From positions 768,001 through 832,000 of the forward strand of contig OZ219816.1 in the NCBI GenBank assembly GCA_964291235.2: DNA of 64,000 nt, in the 5' to 3' direction. The DNA comes from Vicinamibacteria bacterium (GTDB lineage: Bacteria > Acidobacteriota > Vicinamibacteria > Marinacidobacterales > Marinacidobacteraceae). Of the stretch, positions 27,092 to 36,730 are shown piece after piece. The notes beneath the pieces are model-generated. The model searched no databases. It was given only the letters and a program-made list of their open reading frames with translations, and was not told the DNA's origin. Every line of letters starts with the position of its first letter. Position 1 is the first letter of the stretch. Made by a program: the position numbers and the translations under genes.

Positions 27092-30000
27092 CTAGACGTA
27101 GAGCAGTACGGCCCGCGCTGGATGGCCGGTGGCTCGTTCTACCGCCCGGGCGTAGAGACTGACCTGGCGCCGGTAACGCGCCTCGCGGGCCTGGAATTCC
27201 GGGTCGTCCGCCGTCTCGCCGTCCGGGCGGGAGTCCGTCTTGAAATCGAGCACCGTCCACGTCCCGCCGGCCGTGTCCTGGAAGACCAGGTCGGCGATCC
27301 CCTCCACCAGGGTCGGATGCATCCCGTTCGCGGGCGCGGCGGCGAGTGCGGCATCCGCGAAGGCCGCCGCACCCGTCCCTCCCTCGAATCCCTCACCGAA
27401 TCCCTCGTCAAATCCCCCAGCGAATCCGTCGTCAACACCCTCGTTTGGCAGGGTGGACGCGGTTTCGAACGCCGCTGTCGGAGCTTCGCTCGCCGCGGGT
27501 TCGGGCGCACCATGCTCGAAGTGCAGGAGCGGCAGTTCCCGGTAACACGCCCCGTGCTCTTCCGCCTGCCGCGCTTCGGCGAGCAGGGGGTGGGTGAGAG
27601 CGGCTGCCACCGCCTTCGTCGCCGAGGCGGCCAGTTCCTCCGGCAGGTCGAGCTCGCGGGCGGACCGCGTCGCTTCTCCCTGGATCGAAGGCGCGGCGGC
27701 GTCCAGCGGAATTCGCTCGAGCACGCGGTGGACAAGTTCGCCGAAGGCCAACCCGGCGGACCGATTCGAATCCCGCGGCAAGCTCTCGACATCAACGGGT
27801 CCGGCCTCGGCCTCGAGGGCGGCCAACCCCGTCGCCGAGACGACTCGGCGGCTGGGAGTGCGCCCCTGGTCCAGGGCTCGTGTTCGCCCGGCGAGGAACT
27901 CCGCTTCGGCCGCTCTCCCCGCCGCTGGCGCCCGGGCGCGCGCATCGGCTCGCAGCAGGTCCCATAGCGGGTTGTTGCTCCTGCCCCTTTCCGGCGCTCC
28001 CGGTGGACCGGGGTCGGTGACCCGGTGCGAAGCGTCGCGCCCCAGCAGTGGTTTGAGCCCCGCGGCTACCGGCGCCAGCAGGCTTTCCGGCGGAAACTGC
28101 CCCTCGGCCACCGGCGCCGCCAGCAGATCCCGGGCCCGGGTCATCGCGACGTAGAGCAACCGGTCCAGTTCCGCGAGTTCCTCTGCCTCTTCGGCCGGAG
28201 TTCCCTCGACGAGATCCCACGGAATGATGCCGGCCCCGAGGTCACAGGCGTAGAGCCGCTCTTCGGAATTCACCACCCGGCTCGCCCGGCCGCTCCGCTG
28301 GAAAGCCCCGTCGCAAAGGATCACGACCGGGAACTCGAGACCCTTGGCGTTGTGGGTGGTCATGATCCGCACCCCGCTGACGTCCTCATCGATGGCGTGC
28401 GCCGATCCGGCATCGGGATCCTCCGCTTCCGCGGCCAGTTGCTCCACGAAGGCGCGGAACGAAAGCCCTCCCCGCGCCTCGAAGGCACGCGCCGCCTCGG
28501 CCAGCCGGCGCAGGTTCGAGAGCACCTGATCCGGAGCATCCCAGAATGCGAACCCGGTTTCCGCGCGGTGCCGGCCCAGTAGCTCCTGGAGCGTTACGGC
28601 GATCGGCTGGTGGGTGCGGCGCCGGTGGAGGCGGTAGAGGAAAGCGAGCCCGTCCCGGATTGTCCGGTCCATCGTTCCGCTCGACGCCGCCGATTCGTCG
28701 TCGAGTCCGAGTAGCCGGGCCCGGGCCGGATGCAGTCGGATCTCGGGATGACGCTCGCGGAAGAGGAACAGATCCTGGTCCGGGATCGCGAACAGCGGAC
28801 CCCGGAGCGCGGCATAGACGCTCAGTTCGTCCTCGGGAAACTCGATGGCGGTCAGCGCCGCGCGCAGCAAGGACAGCTCGGCGCTGCCGATGTACGTCTG
28901 CACCGCCGCCAGCGAATGGGAAACGCCGAAATCCCGCAGGGCATCGGCGTAGGGCTGGGGGACCAGCCGCCCGTAGTTCCGAAAGCGCCGGAACAACAGG
29001 CAGATGTCGCTCGGCTCCACCGGACGCGGCGAAGCTCCATCTGCCGGCGAGACGCGGAAGCCGCTATCGATGAGTCCTCTGACAAAACGGGCAACCGCGC
29101 CCGGCTCCTGCTCCTCGAGTTGGCGGAGGTAGGGAGCGTGCGCCAGCGGAATGGCGGCGAGGGCGGGGCCCTGCGGCAAGGCTTCCCGGGAAGAGTGGAG
29201 CGGGACGTAGTCCACCTGGCGGGCGAGCCCGGAGAATCCCGGCCCCTCCTCGAACCGCGGCCGCAGCGTGCGGTTCACGAAATCGCAGATTTCCGGAACG
29301 GAGCGGAAATTCGTGGTCAGCCGAACCTCGGCGGCGCCGCTCGCCAGCAGGCGCTCCTTGACGGCGAGATAGTGAGAGACGTCGGCGCGCCGGAAACGGT
29401 AAATGGACTGTTTGGGATCCCCTACCAGACAGAGTCGTCCGGGCACCGGAATCGCCGCCCGCCAGTTGCCGTCCGGCGGTTCGTCGGCGGTCAGCAACAG
29501 GATGATCTCCGTCTGGATCGGGTCGGTGTCCTGGTATTCGTCCACCACCAGGTGCCGGAAGCGCCCCCCGAGTTCCCGGCGGACCCCCGCGTGGTCCCGG
29601 AGCAGGCTGCGGGTTCGGAGCAGCAGATCGTCGAAGTCCAGGAGACCGGCTCGTTGTTTGGCGTTCTCGTACGCCTCGACCAGGCCCCGCAGGTCCTCGC
29701 GCAGCAGGGCTGCGAGGTCGGCGTTGCTCGCCTGCTGGAAGGCGAGCAGGCGGGTGCGGAATCCGTCGCGCCATTTGCGGGTGTGGGGAAACCCGGTTGG
29801 GGTGCGCCCGCCGTATCCGGGAACCTTGAGTTCCGCGAGCGCCTGCTCGATCCAGTCGAGATCTCGCCCGGAGGCGGCCTCCCGCACCCGGATCTCACGG
29901 CCAAGGTCCGCGGCCGCCGCGAGGGAACGGATCAGCCAGTTGGGTCTCGCTCCCGGGGGATCCTTGGGGAGCGATCGGTAGAGCTCCTCGATCATGAAGA

Positions 30001-30673
30001 GGGAAGGGACCTGTTCGCGCTCCTTGCCGGCGGGTTGCTCCACGAGTTCCCGGACGGCCTGCTCCGGATTCCATTCCCGCCGCCTCCACGGGGCGTCCAG
30101 ATTCCGGTAGTCCAGAAGACGGAGTCCGGCCTGGCGGAGGATGTCCACCGGGCTTACTGCGGGGCTGCGGCTCCGGCGCAGGAGGCGCGCGACTCCCTTA
30201 CCGGGGTTTTCGAGCTGTGCGTCCACGAAGCGGCGGAACGTGCGGTCGAAAAACCCCTTCTGTTCCGCGATCGTCAGAATCTCGAAGTCGGGGTCCACCC
30301 CGGCCTCGATGGGACGTTCCCGCAGGATCGTGGCGCAAAACGCATGGATCGTTCCGATGGATGCCTCTTCAAGCTGCGCGAGCGCCTGCTCGAGGCGCTG
30401 CCTCGCGGGAACCGCCTCAGGGCCGGTACCCGCGCCTTCGATCCGGGCTTCGAGTCGCTGCCGGATTCTGAGCCGCAGCTCCCCCGCGGCTTTTTCGGTA
30501 AAGGTAATGGCGGCAATCTGTCCGATGCGGGCGGTCCCGGCGGCGACCATTTCGACCACCCTGTCAACCACCGAGGTGGTCTTCCCGGTGCCGGCGGCCG
30601 CCTCCACGATCAGCGTCGTGTCATGGTCGGTGCGGATCCTTTCCCGGGCCCGGGCGTCCGGAAGGGGGCTCAC
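27092..30673 (-). CDS. addA: AddA-like UvrD helicase/nuclease
   Basis: VEAAAGTGKTT, ITFTEKAAGEL, TIHAF, VDEYQDT, VGDPKQSIYRFR, THNAKGLEF and C-terminal EGIADL...DFKT. GTG 30673 overlaps the addB TGA. Confidence 0.92.
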   Translation of the reverse strand: MSPLPDARARERIRTDHDTTLIVEAAAGTGKTTSVVDRVVEMVAAGTARIGQIAAITFTEKAAGELRLRIRQRLEARIEGAGTGPEAVPARQRLEQALAQLEEASIGTIHAFCATILRERPIEAGVDPDFEILTIAEQKGFFDRTFRRFVDAQLENPGKGVARLLRRSRSPAVSPVDILRQAGLRLLDYRNLDAPWRRREWNPEQAVRELVEQPAGKEREQVPSLFMIEELYRSLPKDPPGARPNWLIRSLAAAADLGREIRVREAASGRDLDWIEQALAELKVPGYGGRTPTGFPHTRKWRDGFRTRLLAFQQASNADLAALLREDLRGLVEAYENAKQRAGLLDFDDLLLRTRSLLRDHAGVRRELGGRFRHLVVDEYQDTDPIQTEIILLLTADEPPDGNWRAAIPVPGRLCLVGDPKQSIYRFRRADVSHYLAVKERLLASGAAEVRLTTNFRSVPEICDFVNRTLRPRFEEGPGFSGLARQVDYVPLHSSREALPQGPALAAIPLAHAPYLRQLEEQEPGAVARFVRGLIDSGFRVSPADGASPRPVEPSDICLLFRRFRNYGRLVPQPYADALRDFGVSHSLAAVQTYIGSAELSLLRAALTAIEFPEDELSVYAALRGPLFAIPDQDLFLFRERHPEIRLHPARARLLGLDDESAASSGTMDRTIRDGLAFLYRLHRRRTHQPIAVTLQELLGRHRAETGFAFWDAPDQVLSNLRRLAEAARAFEARGGLSFRAFVEQLAAEAEDPDAGSAHAIDEDVSGVRIMTTHNAKGLEFPVVILCDGAFQRSGRASRVVNSEERLYACDLGAGIIPWDLVEGTPAEEAEELAELDRLLYVAMTRARDLLAAPVAEGQFPPESLLAPVAAGLKPLLGRDASHRVTDPGPPGAPERGRSNNPLWDLLRADARARAPAAGRAAEAEFLAGRTRALDQGRTPSRRVVSATGLAALEAEAGPVDVESLPRDSNRSAGLAFGELVHRVLERIPLDAAAPSIQGEATRSARELDLPEELAASATKAVAAALTHPLLAEARQAEEHGACYRELPLLHFEHGAPEPAASEAPTAAFETASTLPNEGVDDGFAGGFDEGFGEGFEGGTGAAAFADAALAAAPANGMHPTLVEGIADLVFQDTAGGTWTVLDFKTDSRPDGETADDPEFQAREARYRRQVSLYARAVERATGHPARAVLLYV

Positions 30674-33600
30674 GGCAGGCTCCGAATGGCGATGACTTCG
30701 TCGAGGGCGCTGGCGAATCCGGCCCGGGCCTTCGTGCGTTCGTACCCGGCGGGTCGCGGTCCGCACACCGGAAGGTAGTCACAGTATTTGCACACCGAGT
30801 AGGACACGGCCGGGTTCGGCAGCGCGGGGAAGCGCCCGTCGCGAATCGCCCGGTCGATCCCGGCGACGAACGACTCGAAAACGGCCCGGGAGCGCTCGCT
30901 CGCAGCGTCCACCTGGGTGTGGAGATACGCGCCGCGGATGGTCGCGTAGTAGAGCCGGCCGGAGGCCGCCGGCGCTCCGGACAGCGCCTCGTAGGCCAGC
31001 GCGTAGAGGAGCGGCTGGAGAGCCCGTCCTCCGAAGAGGACATCGGATTCGCCGGTGGATTCGATCGATGCCTTGCCCGTCTTGTAGTCGGTGATCTGAA
31101 CGCTGCCGTCCGGGAGCTTTTCCACCACGTCAATCGCGCCGTGGAGGCGCAGCCCGCCCGGGAGCACCGCCGCTTCGGTTCGGCTGGCCGGGTCGGCCGG
31201 TTGCTTCGCTCCCATGCCGAAGGTCAGTTCGTTGGCGAGCGGCACTCTTCCGGTGCCGGCGTAACGCTCCAGGAAACCCCGCAGGTCGCCGAGCAGTCCA
31301 TCCATCTGGTCCTGCCAGATGCGGTCGATGACGGGCGCCACGCGCTCCCTCACCTCGGCCTCGACCCGCCAGAACACCTCCGTGAGGACGTCGAAAGCCT
31401 CAAGGAGCCGCTCCTCGCGGAGCGGGGCCAGGTTTCGTTCGCGGAGTTCGTGCCCGAGGTGGAAGAACACGTCATGCAGCAGCGAGCCCCGCGTGAGCGG
31501 ATCCAGGTGGATCAGGGCTTCGGGGCGCTCGACCGGCCTCAGCCGGAGGAGGTTCTTGAGAAAAAACTGATACGGACAGGTCGCATAGGCCTCGAGTCCG
31601 GTTGCCGAGAAAGAGCGGTTTCCCGGCCGGTGTCGGTCGAGTGCCGTCACGGCGTCCCGGTCGGGGTACAAGAAGCCGTCGGGTGACTGCCACTTCCACT
31701 GCCCGCGCATGTATTCCTGGCGCAGCGCGCGCGCCAGGGTCGGGTCCGAGAGCAGGTAGGCTGCGGTTCCGTGACCGCCGGAGCGTTCCTCCGGCCGTCC
31801 CAGGGCCGGAGCGACCTGCGCGAGGTCGAATTCGCGGCGATCGATGGCGAGCGAATCGCGGCGCGGAGCGCGAATTCCGCGGATGACCTCGCTCTCCCGG
31901 CCGGCCTGGGACCGGATTTCGCTGAGCGTGGGGACCTTCCCCAGACCGGCTCGGAACGCTTCCGCCAGGTAGTACGACGGCACCTGCGGCCGACCCTCGA
32001 CCAGGTTCAGCGAGGAGTAGCTGAGGATGAGTTTCCGCGTGGCCGCCCCCACTCCGATCCGCAGCCGGAGGCGCTCGCGCTCGGTCAGGTCGCGACGCAC
32101 CGGGAGACTTTCCGAAATGGCCTCCCGCTGCCGGTCGAGGAGCATCGGATCTTCGCGAATGACCCGGGGAAAGGCCCTTTCGGAGAGGCCGGGAATCGCC
32201 ACCACGTCGAAGCTGAGGCCGCGCGCCCCCTCGATGGGCCCCACCCACACACGGCCATACCGGCTACCGCTGGAGCGGGTGACAACTTCGGCGAGGCGCC
32301 GCGCCAGGCTCTCCCGCACTTCGTCCAGGGTTACCTCCGCCACGTCGCGCATGGGATCGGTTTCCCGAAGGCAGTCGAGGACTCCCTGAGGGTGCACGAG
32401 CGCGGCGCGCGCCAGGTCTTCAAGGTGGAGCGCCCATTCGGAAAAGCGGGCGTGCGGAGCGGGGAAGGCAGCCAGCCGGCGCAGGATGGGCAGGGCGGTC
32501 CCGGCCAACCGGCGGAGATCATCCCGGCGCCGGCGCAGGTGCTCCCGCCGCGCGGCGTCCGTTTCCGCCTCCTCGTCGCGCTGCAACCGGTCGTCGAAAC
32601 GGGCGAGCCGTCCTTCCCAGCGGTCGAGCCCGCCGATGACTTCCGAATCGAGGATGAGCCGCTCCCAGCGCCGCGGCGCCACGAAACCCGGCATTCCGGG
32701 CGGGCCCTTGCCGCCGGCGCCGGGGGCTTCCGGGGAGGTAACGGGGGTTTCCCCGAGCGAGAGGTACTCGGCGAAACGGGTGGCGGGCAGTCCCTCGCGC
32801 GCACAGTCGAGGAGCACCAGGAAAGCGCGCCCCGCCGGGTGGGGCCGGCGGGCGCCCGCCTCGAAAAATGCGGGGACGCGGGCGCGTTCCAGAGCTTCCT
32901 GAAAGGCCGGCGCCTGAGCTCGGGGTTCGGGAAGAAGAACCGCCATGCGGTCGAACCGGAGGCCGGCGGCCGCTTCGCTCAGGAAGGTACGGGCGTGTTC
33001 GATCGCCTCTGCTGCGGTTCCGGGCGCTGCAATCACGCTCAATCCGGTGCGTTCCACCGCCGGGTGGGGCCGGCGCGCGGCGAACAGGTGGCGCTGGGCC
33101 GAAGCGACGGCATCTTCCGAGGAATCGTCCGGGGGTTGGGTGTCCACGGAAAGCGGCTGGGCGCCGAGCGCCAGCGCGGCCTGTTCCGCAGCCAGATCTC
33201 CCTCGGGTAGCGTGAGGAAGGCCTCGGGCGCGGCCTCCGTCAGGGTCCGCGCGAAACGCCCGGTGACCGCGTCCGAAAGCGGCACATCCAGCAACAGGAG
33301 CGGAAACCCCACCGGAGGGCCGGCGCCGTGGGCGATCCGCCGCGTGGCGGCGGCGAACGTTTCCGCCCGGTCCGCGAGCCCTACTTCCGCCAGCGTTTCG
33401 AGGTAGGCCGCGTAGAGGACCCCGAGGGACGGTTCCCCTTCCGCCACCCGCGCGGCCGGGATTTCCGCGAGGCGCAACTCGTCGAAGGTCGAGGCGAGCC
33501 GCGCCGCGAGCCCGGGCCCTTCGGCGGCATCCCGGAACCGACCCAGCCGTCCGCTCCGGCGGGCCTCGTGAACGACCCGGACGACCGCTGCGAGCCGCGC

Positions 33601-33867
33601 GGCGGGGGTGAGCGCCCGGAGTCCGCGCGCCGTGAGTTCCTCGCGAGCGAGCCGCTGGGCGAGGCCGAAGAGACCGAAGCGATAGGCGCCCAGGAGCCCA
33701 TTCCGGAGGCCGCGTTCCTCCGCGGCCTCGTGGACCAGCCGATCCGCGGCGTAGCGACCCGGCCCGACTACCAGGAAGGGAACGCCCGCACCGAGGCCTT
33801 GAAGGAACTCCCTGGCCGCCTGGGTGCGGACCTCCGCTCGCGGGCTCTTGAGGTAGCGGCTGCTCAT
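30670..33867 (-). CDS. addB: AddB-like PD-(D/E)XK nuclease subunit with Fe-S cysteines
   Basis: Inactive helicase scaffold, then SATGLEAYATCPYQFF, GAIDVVE...DYKTG and CKYCDYLPVC. Coupled to addA. Confidence 0.88.
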   Translation of the reverse strand: MSSRYLKSPRAEVRTQAAREFLQGLGAGVPFLVVGPGRYAADRLVHEAAEERGLRNGLLGAYRFGLFGLAQRLAREELTARGLRALTPAARLAAVVRVVHEARRSGRLGRFRDAAEGPGLAARLASTFDELRLAEIPAARVAEGEPSLGVLYAAYLETLAEVGLADRAETFAAATRRIAHGAGPPVGFPLLLLDVPLSDAVTGRFARTLTEAAPEAFLTLPEGDLAAEQAALALGAQPLSVDTQPPDDSSEDAVASAQRHLFAARRPHPAVERTGLSVIAAPGTAAEAIEHARTFLSEAAAGLRFDRMAVLLPEPRAQAPAFQEALERARVPAFFEAGARRPHPAGRAFLVLLDCAREGLPATRFAEYLSLGETPVTSPEAPGAGGKGPPGMPGFVAPRRWERLILDSEVIGGLDRWEGRLARFDDRLQRDEEAETDAARREHLRRRRDDLRRLAGTALPILRRLAAFPAPHARFSEWALHLEDLARAALVHPQGVLDCLRETDPMRDVAEVTLDEVRESLARRLAEVVTRSSGSRYGRVWVGPIEGARGLSFDVVAIPGLSERAFPRVIREDPMLLDRQREAISESLPVRRDLTERERLRLRIGVGAATRKLILSYSSLNLVEGRPQVPSYYLAEAFRAGLGKVPTLSEIRSQAGRESEVIRGIRAPRRDSLAIDRREFDLAQVAPALGRPEERSGGHGTAAYLLSDPTLARALRQEYMRGQWKWQSPDGFLYPDRDAVTALDRHRPGNRSFSATGLEAYATCPYQFFLKNLLRLRPVERPEALIHLDPLTRGSLLHDVFFHLGHELRERNLAPLREERLLEAFDVLTEVFWRVEAEVRERVAPVIDRIWQDQMDGLLGDLRGFLERYAGTGRVPLANELTFGMGAKQPADPASRTEAAVLPGGLRLHGAIDVVEKLPDGSVQITDYKTGKASIESTGESDVLFGGRALQPLLYALAYEALSGAPAASGRLYYATIRGAYLHTQVDAASERSRAVFESFVAGIDRAIRDGRFPALPNPAVSYSVCKYCDYLPVCGPRPAGYERTKARAGFASALDEVIAIRSLP

Positions 33868-33922
33868 GCCCCCACTATAGGACCGGGGCGGTGACAAATC
33901 CCGTCCGGTCGCAATGGGGCCA

Positions 33923-34954
33923 TCAGGCGTGCGGAAGCCCACGCGTTGCCACGCGAAACCACATCCGGAGAGCGAAGTCCCAGCGGGCCAGGACGCTCGT
34001 CACCACCACCACGGCGCCGACGCTGAACGGGGACACCCGCACGTTCCGGCCGCGGCGGAAGGAGCGCGCCGTATGCACCCGCCGGAGCGCGAGCAGGGCC
34101 ATCCCCAGCGCCCACAGCAGGTGCCGGCGGATCCCGGTCTCGCGGGCAGGTATGAGCAGGGTGAATTCGAGGGCGTCCCCGAGGTGGCGCCGGGTGATTC
34201 CCACCAGTTGGGACAGCCCCGCCGCGAAGCCCGGAGCGTTGCCGCCGGCGCCAAGGTCGCTCAGATCGAATCCCGCCGCGTCGAACACGGTTCGCGGAAG
34301 CCAGCAGGCCCCCTGGGCCCGGTCATCCCACAGGTCCTTGAGGATGTTGGCCATCTGAAGTCCCTGAGCATGGGACCTGGCGAGCGCAACCAGTTCCTCG
34401 CGGCGCTCCCCGACGGCCGACGAGTAGTCGCAGAACAGCTCCACCAACATTTCGCCGACGACGCCGGCGGCGAAATAGCAGTAGCGGTCGAGCTGCGCCA
34501 TGTCCTTCAGGCCGATGGAGGGCGCATCCTGTTGGAACTCGACCATGCCGTGCGACATGGTCCGGATGCAGCGCTCGATGGCCATTCGCTGCCTCGGGCC
34601 AAACCCGGCCGTCACACGTACGACCCGGGCCGTGTTCGCGGCGAGGTGGTGCTCGGCCTCGGCGGTCGCCGGGGAGAGCGCTGGCGTCAGGTCGCCGGCG
34701 AAGGCGGCGGCGTCTTCTTCCCCGGCCACCACCCCGACGAAGCGCGTCCAGAGCGCCTGTTTCCGGGCGCGGGAAAGTTCCGGCTCGTCCTCGATGGTGT
34801 CCGCAATCCGGCAGAGCAGGTAGGCATTCCCCACTACGTCCCGCAGGCCCTCGGGCAGCACCGGAATCGTGAGCGCGTAGGTGCGCGAGACGGACTGCAG
34901 GATCTCCCGCTGGTAGGCCAGATCGCAGTCCGGGCCGGCTGGGGACGACCGCAG
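33923..34954 (-). CDS. Squalene/phytoene synthase family enzyme (single-enzyme SQS-like), probable CTG start
   Basis: VSRTYALTI, AYLLCRIADTIEDE, YCYFAAGVVG and GLQMANILKD. The conserved N-terminus lies upstream of the track's GTG at 34861. GGAG lies 6 nt before CTG 34954. Confidence 0.85.
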   Translation of the reverse strand: MRSSPAGPDCDLAYQREILQSVSRTYALTIPVLPEGLRDVVGNAYLLCRIADTIEDEPELSRARKQALWTRFVGVVAGEEDAAAFAGDLTPALSPATAEAEHHLAANTARVVRVTAGFGPRQRMAIERCIRTMSHGMVEFQQDAPSIGLKDMAQLDRYCYFAAGVVGEMLVELFCDYSSAVGERREELVALARSHAQGLQMANILKDLWDDRAQGACWLPRTVFDAAGFDLSDLGAGGNAPGFAAGLSQLVGITRRHLGDALEFTLLIPARETGIRRHLLWALGMALLALRRVHTARSFRRGRNVRVSPFSVGAVVVVTSVLARWDFALRMWFRVATRGLPHA

Positions 34955-34966
34955 TTCTGACTCCGT

Positions 34967-36181
34967 CTACCAGGTCTGTGTTTCGTCGGAGTGCAGCTTC
35001 GGCGGAAGACGGTAGGAGATCAGCGGATCGCGGAGCTCGGAGTTGTCCACGAGGGCGGTGAATCGGTCCACCTTCACCTTCGCTTCCCAGCGCGGCACCA
35101 CGCTGCGCAGCCGCTTCGCCAGGCGGCGTTTGGTCCGCAGGTACCAGAGCAGCCCCCAAGTGGACTGCGCCGGGTAGTTGATCTGGTCGGCGAGTTCGTC
35201 GCCGATGAGGGCGCGGGAAACGCGGTACACATAGTTGGCGAGGTTCTGCCGGTCCCTGGGCTTGTGGATGCCGATCACGACGGGCGCTGAATTGACCAGA
35301 GCGTTCGCTATCACGATGCCTTCCATGGTCGGCCGCGGCTCGCAGGCGATAGCAATCCGGCAGAGATCGAGCGCCTCCGCCTCGCTCCTGAACAGGATCG
35401 TTTCCGGAACGCCCATCAGGTATGCCGAGTAGCGCCAGATCTGGACGAACGCTTCGCTCTCCTCCGCCGTCGGCTCGGCGCCGAGCCGCTTCGCTGCCTC
35501 GATCACCCGCGCGGAGAAGTTGGCCGCCGCGAGCGCCACGTGACCGATATGGATCGGCACCCCGACTTCCGCCTCGTCCCACTCCTCGGATCTCCTCAGG
35601 AAGTATCGAACCTGGGCGTGGATGAGCCGGATCCGGACACTCAGTTTCCAACCCTCGCCGTAGCGTTCGAGTCCCCCCGGAATCATGATCTCGATGAGTT
35701 GGCGGATGTTCTGCCGGAGCCGGCGGACCCCGTGGTCCGTCAGCCTCCCGGTCATGAAGAACGACTTGCTGATGAGGGTGGTGAAGCCCCAGACGATGCT
35801 CGATCCCACCAACGCCTGGACGTAGAGATCCGAGTCGGCATGGAACGCCCGGCATCCCGGACAGACCGCTCGCGAATCGAACCAGTCCGGCTTGTCGGAA
35901 CTGAATTCCATGAGCTCCCTGAGTTCCGCCGACGCGTCCCGAAAGCCGGCCTCGTCCTCCTCCATCCCCGCCGTGATGATCTCGTGGACCCGTTTCTGGG
36001 GCATGCCGACCATGGACTCGACCGCCGCATCCGCGAGCGGGTCCCCCTTCGCCGTGTGCTTGATATAGCGGCGCGCCGCCTCCGGATCGGTCCAGCGCGC
36101 CTTCTCGTAGCCGGTGCGGTACGCGGTCGGAACAACGATCTCCGGAGATCGCGGTGCGGATCGCTCCTGGCGCGTGGACAT
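34967..36181 (-). CDS. DUF2236 / MpaB / Lcp-like heme oxygenase
   Basis: GDPLADA, PDWFD, TGRL, RIRLIHAQVR (Lcp-type heme-ligand His motif) and WRYSAYLMGVP. Confidence 0.8.
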   Translation of the reverse strand: MSTRQERSAPRSPEIVVPTAYRTGYEKARWTDPEAARRYIKHTAKGDPLADAAVESMVGMPQKRVHEIITAGMEEDEAGFRDASAELRELMEFSSDKPDWFDSRAVCPGCRAFHADSDLYVQALVGSSIVWGFTTLISKSFFMTGRLTDHGVRRLRQNIRQLIEIMIPGGLERYGEGWKLSVRIRLIHAQVRYFLRRSEEWDEAEVGVPIHIGHVALAAANFSARVIEAAKRLGAEPTAEESEAFVQIWRYSAYLMGVPETILFRSEAEALDLCRIAIACEPRPTMEGIVIANALVNSAPVVIGIHKPRDRQNLANYVYRVSRALIGDELADQINYPAQSTWGLLWYLRTKRRLAKRLRSVVPRWEAKVKVDRFTALVDNSELRDPLISYRLPPKLHSDETQTW

Positions 36182-36190
36182 GCTATGACC

Positions 36191-36226
36191 GACCGAATCG
36201 ACCGGAATGACCGAAACGCCCGAAGT
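36191..36226. repeat. Four degenerate 9-bp tandem repeats in the oxygenase leader
   Basis: gaccgaatc gaccggaat gaccgaaac gcccgaagt. Confidence 0.6.
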
Positions 36227-36227
36227 G

Positions 36228-36490
36228 GCCGCGCGAACTGTATACCTGACTCATTTCGACGTACGCCCTTGGCTATGGCGGGACCGGACGCTATCTCTTC
36301 CCCGCGGCAACCCGAAGCCGGCGCCAGCCATGCTGTAGCGGGCGGGAACGATGAGCGGAGTCAACGGGATAGCGAAGGCGGGCGACCTCGGCGAAGCACT
36401 CCCGGGAGGCGCGCTTGCCCGCCGCAAGGCAGGTCCGGCTCGTCTTGGATGGTGTCCGTGATGCCGCATCGCAGATAAGTGTTTCCACCG
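36228..36490 (-). repeat. Duplicated upstream block, copy A (promoter-like sequence plus RND and SQS relics)
   Basis: aactgtatacctgac...ttggc.atggc.ggaccgg...gcgacc..ggcgaagcac...aggtccggctcg is shared with 39948-40215. The minus strand reads YLRCGITDTIQDEPDL, an SQS relic. Confidence 0.75.
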
Positions 36491-36730
36491 GCCCCGCCAT
36501 GCCGCGTCAGAGGCAGGGGCCGCTGGAAAACGGCCCAATGGAGACGCAAGCGAGAGCACGACTAGAGTAGTCGAATAGGGGTGGCGATTTCGGGACTCTC
36601 AACAACATTCAATGATGAAAGCGCGGCTTTCTGAGAACGGCGGCTGGCCGGCGGGTTCCGCGAACTGCGCGCGAATACCTCGATGAGCACGGGATCGACG
36701 AATCGCTGGTTAGTCCGAGCAGGCCCCGCG

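Noticed and set aside
27092-33867. Helicase-nuclease pair as a defence system or Cas4-like module
   Set aside because: Order, size and motifs fit housekeeping AddBA recombination-repair genes.
36562-36730. AT-richer spacer with a 66-aa ORF downstream of RND paralog 1
   Set aside because: No RBS, motif or homology visible; treated as non-coding.
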